NCBI GenBank assembly: GCA_964366355.1
Contig: CAYITO010000004.1
Coordinates: forward strand, 1-33,004
Direction of reading: 5' to 3'
DNA length: 33,004 nt
Source of the DNA: an uncultured archaeon
GTDB lineage: Archaea > Aenigmatarchaeota > Aenigmatarchaeia > CG10238-14 > SCSR01
Shown: in pieces, positions 8,675 to 15,716 of the stretch
Layout of the letters: each line of letters begins with the position of its first letter
How positions within the stretch are numbered: the stretch's first letter is position 1
Position numbers and translations under genes: made by a program
The notes under the pieces: generated by a model
The model's database searches: none
The model's input: only the letters and a program-made list of their open reading frames with translations
What the model was told of the DNA's origin: nothing

Positions 8675-9280
8675 TTAAGCTGTAAGAGGCATGCCCAATT
8701 TCGCCTTCATCACGTTTATTTTCTCGTTCACCTTGTTTATCTTCTTCTCTACATTCATCTCGGCCACAGGATTCCCTTTCGAACTTTTCAGTTTGGATAT
8801 AAGATGGTCCCTCTCCTGTTCGAGCCTCCTCAATTTCACCTCCATCCCAGATGTCGGTTCCCCGGCCTTTTTAATGATTCCTTTGAACAGGGATTTGCCT
8901 GGCGTCCCACCGCGTCTGAGCACCAGACGGAGAAAGATATCTATAACCTTGCCATAAACGAACCCCAAGGCTATCAACACAACGGATGCAAATAATGTCC
9001 CAGATTGCCCCAATGATTTTGTAAGATTGTCTATTACTGACAGGTATGGAGTTATTTTAGACGCCACTGCAGGTACAAAGTTTACAGTCACCAATCCTGC
9101 CGCTACGATTACACCTGCAATCAATCGCCATGTTATCTTTAGCCTAATCAAAGAAAGCAGGAAGAACACGGCAGAGAATGCCAGTATCGGCACAAGATAT
9201 TGGGACGGAACCAAATTCGAGACTTGACCCAAGTTCGGCAGTTGTTCGATAGGTAATGTAGGAATTTGGAATAATGCCAT
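8675..9280 (-). CDS. Membrane protein with basic C-terminal coiled coil; possible distant family A member
   Basis: Three hydrophobic segments (YLVPILAFSAVFFLL...) followed by a K/E-rich heptad tail. Confidence 0.75.
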   Translation of the reverse strand: MALFQIPTLPIEQLPNLGQVSNLVPSQYLVPILAFSAVFFLLSLIRLKITWRLIAGVIVAAGLVTVNFVPAVASKITPYLSVIDNLTKSLGQSGTLFASVVLIALGFVYGKVIDIFLRLVLRRGGTPGKSLFKGIIKKAGEPTSGMEVKLRRLEQERDHLISKLKSSKGNPVAEMNVEKKINKVNEKINVMKAKLGMPLTA

Positions 9281-9305
9281 TAATTAAGATATCTCTTATA
9301 AGAAT

Positions 9306-9794
9306 TTATTTTGCATACCTGACGATGATCATGATTACAGCTATGACTCCCAGAAGGACGAAGAGGAAAGGTGGGATGGGGAAGGCATCTGAAGACAGTC
9401 CCAGAAATCTAAGCACGTCAGTGTTGACCAGAAGATAGAAAGCCAGAATTGCGGCAACTATTAAAAGCCAAGAAGGTATAGGTTCCTCGGTCACAGAAGG
9501 TTTCCTTGCAATTCCCAATAAGAACGCTATGATGATGAAGATTACAAGGAATATCAGCAGTACAGCGGTGCCGGAAAACAGCTGCCTGAATAGCTGGATT
9601 ATTGGAAGGCCGGCAGGAGAAAATACAACCAGCAGGGAAATGCTGACGGCCAGCAGGACGCTCATCCTCTTGTCAGGGATTATCTTGGCTCTTACCAGGA
9701 CAGCATAAAGGATGGTGAAGATTATCAGGAAAGGTATTACAGTATCGAAAGCGCCGCTTCTAAACGCTTCTGATATTAAGTCTGTAATTGCCAT
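9306..9794 (-). CDS. Polytopic membrane protein, paralogue family A
   Basis: GAFDTVIPFLIIFTILYAVL...SVLLAVSISLL...FRQLF. Confidence 0.85.
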   Translation of the reverse strand: MAITDLISEAFRSGAFDTVIPFLIIFTILYAVLVRAKIIPDKRMSVLLAVSISLLVVFSPAGLPIIQLFRQLFSGTAVLLIFLVIFIIIAFLLGIARKPSVTEEPIPSWLLIVAAILAFYLLVNTDVLRFLGLSSDAFPIPPFLFVLLGVIAVIMIIVRYAK

Positions 9795-9810
9795 AATTTA
9801 ATTTTGGAGG

Positions 9811-10719
9811 TTAGAAAGAAATAGATGATTCGGGGCCTATGATATTCTTACCGCATTTTATTTCAGGCAATCCAAATCTTTCAGTAAGTTGCGTCCCTAT
9901 GCCTGGAAATTCTATCTTCGGTATGTTAACACCAAATGGAAATAGCGGAATCTGGCCCTCAAGGACCCAAAACAGGTAAACACCAATTAACGAGAAGACA
10001 ACAAGCATTATCCCTATATTCATTGGAGTAAATCGTCTTCTAGGACGTTCTCCTCCAGGAGGTCCTACTATTGTTGATGTGAATGTAAAACCAACTATGA
10101 TTATTATGGGAATTATCCACCAGTTAGTCCAACCAAAAACTAAGATATAAGCAGCTATGAAGAAATCAGTCAAATGTGTCAATGCAGCTATACGATTTCT
10201 ACCTTCATTGTCCGTCATCACCATAAATCCTATAATCCTCACAACAACTGCCAAGAAAAAGGAAAATGCATTAACAAACATCAACGGATCAGTCTGATGC
10301 AACATGAAAATGCTAAAGGCTGTGCTTATCAGCAATACTACACTCCAGTATTCTGCTCCTTTAATTAAACCTTTGTATCGTTCCTCATGTTCAGTCCATC
10401 TACCCCATCTAACTAGAGGTCCTGTAGTTCGTCCTAATAAAACCGAAAATAAAATAATCCCAAATACAATGTTAACAACAAATGGCACTACCTTCTGAGT
10501 TGCCAAACAAAACCTGCAGTCCAAAGTTGATAGAGTAGAGCATTGATCTGGCAAGAATCCAAATAAAGCTGTGATAGCGCCAACTATAGGCGGTTCCAAT
10601 ATTGGTGTTACAAGAATCGATTGAAGTAGAGGGATAAAGACAATTGTTATTACACCAAGAATCACAATCCCAAGCAGTAGGAATAAAACCAAAAGTATGA
10701 AGGCAATTTGACCTTTCAT
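9811..10719 (-). CDS. Polytopic Cys-motif membrane protein (family B) with class III-like N-terminus
   Basis: MKG|QIAFILLVLF; FGFLPDQC-x7-C-x2-C...KVVPF; C-terminal Cys. Confidence 0.8.
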   Translation of the reverse strand: MKGQIAFILLVLFLLLGIVILGVITIVFIPLLQSILVTPILEPPIVGAITALFGFLPDQCSTLSTLDCRFCLATQKVVPFVVNIVFGIILFSVLLGRTTGPLVRWGRWTEHEERYKGLIKGAEYWSVVLLISTAFSIFMLHQTDPLMFVNAFSFFLAVVVRIIGFMVMTDNEGRNRIAALTHLTDFFIAAYILVFGWTNWWIIPIIIIVGFTFTSTIVGPPGGERPRRRFTPMNIGIMLVVFSLIGVYLFWVLEGQIPLFPFGVNIPKIEFPGIGTQLTERFGLPEIKCGKNIIGPESSISF

Positions 10720-10725
10720 TAAAAA

Positions 10726-11346
10726 TCACTCTAAGAGAAAGCAGGGGCTTTGCATTATATCAATTACAGGCTGTACACTGAGTAGTCCTCCAGGTTGTGT
10801 CAAATTTGTATAGAATGTCCAGACTATGCCTATTGAAAACAATAGAACAAACATCCCAAGAAGAGGCGAAAGTGGGTGTATTGCATACAGAAAAGTTACA
10901 ACTATCACAATAGAAAATACAAGTATCAAAATTGATTGTAATTGGCTAATGCTTACGAAAAGAAGGTTTACATCTCTAGTATGTAGTGCGGCTAATCCTA
11001 ATGCTATCGATATCAAAATTGCTGCATAGTAGAATGAAGGAGTTACTCTTTTTAGATCAAACACTTCAGGTCTTCCTATAGCTTCTCCAGGCCTACCACC
11101 AAATATTCTAAAAACTATAAATACCATTGCGAAATAGGTTAGACCGAAGAAAAATGTGAAAGGAAGTATCTTTACTTGACCAAGGCATGCTATGCAATCG
11201 GAACTACTTAGTGAAAACGTACAAGCCTGTGGCAATGGGCCCAAAACGCCTCTTACCAAACCTCTTGAAACTAAGTCGGATTGGGCTATTACAATAGGTA
11301 ATAAGAGTAAAAAAGATAAGGTAAGAGTGCTCAAAATCCTTTTCAT
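10726..11346 (-). CDS. Polytopic Cys-motif membrane protein (family B) with Sec-type signal peptide
   Basis: MKRILS..VIA|Q; RGVLGPLPQAC-x8-C-x2-CLGQVKILPF.FFFGL.Y; C-terminal Cys. Start is 11346 or 11352. Confidence 0.82.
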   Translation of the reverse strand: MKRILSTLTLSFLLLLPIVIAQSDLVSRGLVRGVLGPLPQACTFSLSSSDCIACLGQVKILPFTFFFGLTYFAMVFIVFRIFGGRPGEAIGRPEVFDLKRVTPSFYYAAILISIALGLAALHTRDVNLLFVSISQLQSILILVFSIVIVVTFLYAIHPLSPLLGMFVLLFSIGIVWTFYTNLTQPGGLLSVQPVIDIMQSPCFLLE

Positions 11347-11391
11347 AAACAAACCAACTAATTAATTACTTAGTAGAAAATGTAAATATCC

Positions 11392-12165
11392 TTATTGACA
11401 AATGCCTAAACTGAAGTCTTCACTCGGTTTAAACAATTCAGGCAAGAAGCCAGCTCCTATATCTCCCCTTATGATCGCAAACAAAATTAAATAAAGTATA
11501 AGCAGGATAACTCCAACTATATTGCCAGTGAATGTGCCCCGCAAGAAATAAAAAGCGAATGTGAAGAATAAAGTCGCCCCAAATACAACGAAAAACGGTA
11601 CAATATCCTGACTTCCTGCAAATGATGCTGCAAACCCTATTAAAACTCCGAACATGACTAATGTCAAAACAAATAACACAACCATCCATATCGGATTCCC
11701 TCCGACATCTGGTGTAGCTCCAAAGGCATTTAAAATTCTGAAAACAAAGAATGCAATCACAGTAACCATAGACATGACGATTAAACTGCCTACCCAATCC
11801 CTGAATGTAGCTATTCTTGATAAAGCACTTCCTACATCAATTTGAACTATGAAAAATGACAGTGCAATGCTGATTAAAATAACACCAACTTGTATGCTGG
11901 GAACGTTTGCTGGAGGATGACCTTTAGTGAAAGATTTTACCCCAATAACCAAAATTAGATAAAACAAACCGAAGAAAAACGCCAACGGCAATAACTTTAC
12001 ATAGCCTAGGCAGTAAATACATACAGAACTTGTAACATCCGAACATGCATTGGGCAAATCACCAAGCAAGCCTCTTAAAACGCCTGTTGTAGCTTCTTTA
12101 TCAGCTTGAGCAAATACAGTTGGCAATAGTAACAGGAAAATTAGAATTGTTCTTTGGAAATTCAT
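11392..12165 (-). CDS. Polytopic Cys-motif membrane protein (family B) with Sec-type signal peptide
   Basis: ..VFA|Q; RGLLGDLPNAC-x7-C-x2-CLGYVKLLPL.FFFGLFY; C-terminal Cys. Confidence 0.82.
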   Translation of the reverse strand: MNFQRTILIFLLLLPTVFAQADKEATTGVLRGLLGDLPNACSDVTSSVCIYCLGYVKLLPLAFFFGLFYLILVIGVKSFTKGHPPANVPSIQVGVILISIALSFFIVQIDVGSALSRIATFRDWVGSLIVMSMVTVIAFFVFRILNAFGATPDVGGNPIWMVVLFVLTLVMFGVLIGFAASFAGSQDIVPFFVVFGATLFFTFAFYFLRGTFTGNIVGVILLILYLILFAIIRGDIGAGFLPELFKPSEDFSLGICQ

Positions 12166-12725
12166 TATACTACCCCAGTTGCTCTACGTCTTATCCTTCG
12201 GTTTATAAAACCAGTGATAAGCTCACCTAAACTTTCAATAGATTCTCCTAAACTTTGAAAAGATGGTTCTAAAAAAGTACTATATAAGTTTTTTAATTCC
12301 CCATAAACACCTCCACTACTTTCCCCAGAAATTGTCACTTTACTTAGTGTTGTGTGAAGACCTTCTTGCATTCCCCTTACCCTTTCTTGGTATCCGGGAG
12401 CAATTTCTTTTATAATAGAATTCGCCTCCTTTTCTATCTTATATAAATCTTCTTTTGTTATGTCACCACGTCTATATGCTTTTTCAGCCTCTGGGATGAC
12501 TTGACGTGCACTTCTCATATCTAAATAATCTTCATGAGCTCCCCGCAATCTAGCATAAGACCCACTTATATCACTTCCTACTTGATAAGGAACGCCAGCG
12601 GCACGAGCATAAATGTATCTACCAATGCTTCTCGTCCTATCCCCTATTCTATATCTAGCTAGCCCAACACCTACCAAAACTATGCCAAAAGCCAATATAA
12701 CCCAAAGGACTAATTCTGCTGCCAT
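12165..12725 (-). CDS. Single-pass membrane protein with ISGESSGGVYGEL motif
   Basis: N-terminal TM followed by basic residues; its stop overlaps the next ATG by one base; paralogous to 14111-14452. Confidence 0.75.
   Translation of the reverse strand: MAAELVLWVILAFGIVLVGVGLARYRIGDRTRSIGRYIYARAAGVPYQVGSDISGSYARLRGAHEDYLDMRSARQVIPEAEKAYRRGDITKEDLYKIEKEANSIIKEIAPGYQERVRGMQEGLHTTLSKVTISGESSGGVYGELKNLYSTFLEPSFQSLGESIESLGELITGFINRRIRRRATGVV
12293..12332. repeat. Perfect 40-bp direct repeat, copy 1
   Basis: ttaattccccataaacacctccactactttccccagaaat, identical to 14179-14218. Confidence 0.95.
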
Positions 12726-12788
12726 TCTCTCTAAATTAATTTCCTTTTTTACTAAAATAACAAATACCTAACAGTGCAAGTTTAATTC

Positions 12789-13097
12789 ATGGTATACATT
12801 CCTTTAATCCTCATATTACTTTTATTGTGGACAATAGACGGCTATCTAACATTCGGAGTTTTTAAGAAGTATGGTCCTGAAGCCGAAGAAAATCCAATAC
12901 TCAAACAACTGCTCCGTCATAATGTAAAATACTTTTTATTGTTCAAGCTTTTTGATGCTGTAGCATTTGTTGTTATAATTTTCTTGATAATTAACAAAAA
13001 CGAAATGATTGCTATAGTACTTTTGACTATTTTCATACTTTTGTATTCTTACGTTAATTTAAAGAATTATAAAGTTCTCAAGGAAAAGAAAGATTAG
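12789..13097 (+). CDS. Small membrane protein, DUF5658-like
   Basis: Three TM segments with the D..LT...G..E.NP pattern recalled for DUF5658. Confidence 0.65.
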   Translation: MVYIPLILILLLLWTIDGYLTFGVFKKYGPEAEENPILKQLLRHNVKYFLLFKLFDAVAFVVIIFLIINKNEMIAIVLLTIFILLYSYVNLKNYKVLKEKKD

Positions 13098-13115
13098 TAT
13101 AATAAATGTGCCCTT

Positions 13116-14087
13116 TTATTCAGACGGAATCGAAATGAGAGGTGAAGCTCTACTTTGACGTATACCTTCAGCCATGTTTTCACTCCATTCTGTCCTAGCA
13201 GCAGAAGTTACAGCTGCTTCAAATGCTCTCGCAAGCGCACCACCCTCAAGACCCCGCTGACGAAATGCATCTAATTGTGTACCATAAGCTTCTGCCTGTA
13301 AGGTGGCAGCCCGCCTTCTAGCTGTAGCAGAAGCAACAATAACCTCAGCTTGTTCTAGTTCTTTCATAATTTCAGGTGTATAATTAATTTCTGCTGTAAT
13401 GTCATCAACATGAAGATTCAATCTCCGTCCAAATTCTCGATTTAATTTAGGTAACTCCTTTCGAATATCATCTTCAAGGTTTTTTTGAGCGAGTGGTACT
13501 GTATATTTTTCCCTTGCTCTTTCAAGAGCAAGATTCCTAACTCTTGTTATTAAACCTGCTACAGCTTCCGAAAGACCTTCTTGAGTTTCTCTGTACCTTG
13601 TAATAAAATTGATAATCTCCGGTGCCAGTTCTCTGACAGGTCTTTTATCTCCTAGATCAATAGCGTCTCTTTGGGGTTTGGTCATAGCAAATCTAACGTA
13701 AATATTTAGTTTCATAACTCCTGGTACAGCTTCAAATTCCTGATTTTCTTGAGGTTCTACAACTGTTTCTCGTTTGAATACGGCATCTATATCAGTTGGA
13801 AAATTCAAGCTACCCAAGTAGAATTTATAACCACTATAAGTGAAAAGTCCACGAAAACGTATTCCCCATGGCGAAGCAGAATAAGTACCCGATAAAGCAT
13901 CTCTTTTAACATAAACAAAAGGAGCAGATGCAGCATTTAGTATGAAAGGGGTAAGAGGGATGAAAGAATACGGTTCAATAAATCTTTCAACATATCTTCC
14001 TTCTTCAGGTCTTCGTGCTCTATCAACTATGTCATATAATCCTTGTATTCTTTGCCTTCTATCAATTACAGCTTGTGCTTGAACCAT
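13116..14087 (-). CDS. Divergent SPFH (band 7/prohibitin)-like protein
   Basis: C-terminal half reads IRKEL..LNREFG..L.V.DI..I...PEIMKELEQ...A.A.RRAA.LQAEA, like the SPFH2 end plus Ala/Glu coiled coil. GGAGG Shine-Dalgarno at 14095-14099. Confidence 0.6.
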   Translation of the reverse strand: MVQAQAVIDRRQRIQGLYDIVDRARRPEEGRYVERFIEPYSFIPLTPFILNAASAPFVYVKRDALSGTYSASPWGIRFRGLFTYSGYKFYLGSLNFPTDIDAVFKRETVVEPQENQEFEAVPGVMKLNIYVRFAMTKPQRDAIDLGDKRPVRELAPEIINFITRYRETQEGLSEAVAGLITRVRNLALERAREKYTVPLAQKNLEDDIRKELPKLNREFGRRLNLHVDDITAEINYTPEIMKELEQAEVIVASATARRRAATLQAEAYGTQLDAFRQRGLEGGALARAFEAAVTSAARTEWSENMAEGIRQSRASPLISIPSE

Positions 14088-14110
14088 TGTAAAACCTCCA
14101 ACTACTTATC

Positions 14111-14452
14111 TTAAGGATGCAACTGCCTTCCAATATAATCTAACAAACCAGAAGTGCCAGAGGTATCAAACACATCCCTTAATTCCCCATAAACACCTCC
14201 ACTACTTTCCCCAGAAATCGCAGTTCTACTTAAAATTCCACCAAGACCCTCTCTAAGCCCTTCCGTACCTCTTTCATAAATAGGACGTAACCATGCCATA
14301 TACGCAGCAGCTTCATTCTGTGTTATTTGCCCCCGCCCTTGCATTCCATCTACCTCTCCCATAAGTTGGTAAGCTGCAGCTGAATCTCTAAATTCTCTAG
14401 CCCGTCCTACAGCATCATTCCTCATACGCTTAAAGACATTCATACCATTCAC
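14111..14452 (-). CDS. Hypothetical soluble protein with ISGESSGGVYGEL motif
   Basis: Aligns with the C-terminal half of 12165-12725 (RG.IT..., EGL...LS...ISGESSGGVYGEL). Start uncertain. Confidence 0.7.
   Translation of the reverse strand: MNGMNVFKRMRNDAVGRAREFRDSAAAYQLMGEVDGMQGRGQITQNEAAAYMAWLRPIYERGTEGLREGLGGILSRTAISGESSGGVYGELRDVFDTSGTSGLLDYIGRQLHP
14179..14218. repeat. Perfect 40-bp direct repeat, copy 2
   Basis: Identical to 12293-12332. Confidence 0.95.
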
Positions 14453-14577
14453 TAACTAATAGAAGCATAATTCATATTTAAACTTTTCTATTCTTCACTA
14501 TCTACTGGTAATAACTTATAAATCAAAAGAAAGTATAAGAAAAGTTTTTGGGAAACGATAAATTGATAATTAAAAAG

Positions 14578-15246
14578 TTAAACTCCTCTCTTCATCCTCT
14601 GCGCAAGATCGCTAAGCGCCCTCACGCTTTCTATCAGTGCCGGCAGCGTGTCCTTGAAAACCTTCTCAAGGCTGCCCATGCGCGTATTCACTTCAGTCGC
14701 CGTCTCGTGCAAACCTTCAATCCTGTCGAGAATTTGCTGGTTCTCGCTAGAGCGCGTCTCCAGCAATTGGTTTAGCTGCTGGAAAATGCTATCCACACGC
14801 TTCCCCAACTCCTGATACCTTATGCTGAATTCATTCAGCTTCTCATTGACCTCGGAAACCCTTGACTGGACTACATAATCAATATAATCTTCTGCCGGAT
14901 ATTGCTGCTGGTAATACTCCTGCGGCAACGGCGCCTCAGGCATCTGCGGCATTTCAACCTTCGGAGACAGCTCTTCTAGCGTCGGCAATTGCTCAGCGCT
15001 TGGCTGCTGCGGTTGGAATTGCTGCATCTGCTGCTGTTGCCTTGGTTGTTCAGCTGCAACATTCATCTTGATTGACTGCGTCAATGCTGTATCTATGGTT
15101 TCGGCCGGATAGCCCTCCTTCCTTAGGACATCAATCATCTCCGGCTCTGAAAATCCCCTTCCAGCCAGTTCCTGCACCCTCTCCATCGGAAGATACGTCT
15201 TTGCAGGACGCTGTTCTTTCTTTTTTAGAAAAGGCAGTTGAACCAT
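14578..15246 (-). CDS. Soluble protein: small helical N-domain, Q/P-rich linker, C-terminal coiled coil
   Basis: RVQEL..RGFSE.E.ID.LR.EGY...ID.AL, a poly-Q linker and heptads ending LEKVFKDTLPALIESVR.LS. Confidence 0.85.
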   Translation of the reverse strand: MVQLPFLKKKEQRPAKTYLPMERVQELAGRGFSEPEMIDVLRKEGYPAETIDTALTQSIKMNVAAEQPRQQQQMQQFQPQQPSAEQLPTLEELSPKVEMPQMPEAPLPQEYYQQQYPAEDYIDYVVQSRVSEVNEKLNEFSIRYQELGKRVDSIFQQLNQLLETRSSENQQILDRIEGLHETATEVNTRMGSLEKVFKDTLPALIESVRALSDLAQRMKRGV

Positions 15247-15286
15247 TAGCTCACTTTAATGAAATTCATTTTATTAATAATTAAAT

Positions 15287-15676
15287 CTACGCTTTCCTTG
15301 CAGACTTTTCCTCTAGAGCATTTTCCAGCTCGTCCTTCGTAACGAACTTAGAAGTTATTGGGTTGATAATTTCCAGATAGGTCTCCAGCTGCTTTACTTC
15401 TGTCTTGCTGGCTGTCTTACTAAGTTCTTTGTTTATCCTGGAAATATCATTTTCCATCGCAACAATCCTGTCTGATACAGCAGATATCTTGCTTCCTATC
15501 CTCTCAAGGCTCAGCTTCAAATCCGAAAGCTGCATAAGCAGCCTTTCTTCCAACGCAGAAAAACTCGCCTCAATCTTTTCAATCCTCTGCTCAGACGCCC
15601 TCAGCCTTCTAGCATCTTCATTGATTCTTCTCACAAGTTCGCTCATAACAGATTTTGTGTCAGCCCTATCTGCCAT
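15287..15676 (-). CDS. Coiled-coil protein of unknown function
   Basis: Continuous heptads ending in A.K.EVKQLETYLEIINP..FVTK.EL. Confidence 0.85.
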   Translation of the reverse strand: MADRADTKSVMSELVRRINEDARRLRASEQRIEKIEASFSALEERLLMQLSDLKLSLERIGSKISAVSDRIVAMENDISRINKELSKTASKTEVKQLETYLEIINPITSKFVTKDELENALEEKSARKA

Positions 15677-15685
15677 CAATAAAGA

Positions 15686-15704
15686 ATTTGTTTATACAAC
15701 AAAT
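15686..15704. promoter_or_regulatory. 7-5-7 inverted repeat overlapping TATA box(es) of divergent promoters
   Basis: ATTTGTT-TATAC-AACAAAT; TTTATACA at 15691 is 26 nt before ATG 15717. Confidence 0.55.
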
Positions 15705-15716
15705 AAATGTAATAAG

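Noticed and set aside
12293-14218. 40-bp repeats as a CRISPR array or a DGR template/variable pair
   Set aside because: There are only two copies 1.9 kb apart, both in coding frames. There are no spacers, cas genes or reverse transcriptase, and no adenine-specific mismatches.
14990-15060. CAG/CAA-rich microsatellite-like stretch
   Set aside because: It simply encodes the Gln/Pro-rich linker of 14578-15246 and is not a perfect tandem repeat.
15405-15716. 104-aa N-terminal extension of the ATPase in the ORF track
   Set aside because: It is the antisense shadow of the real 15287-15676 gene (Ser/Leu-rich); ATG 15717 has a correctly spaced TATA box.
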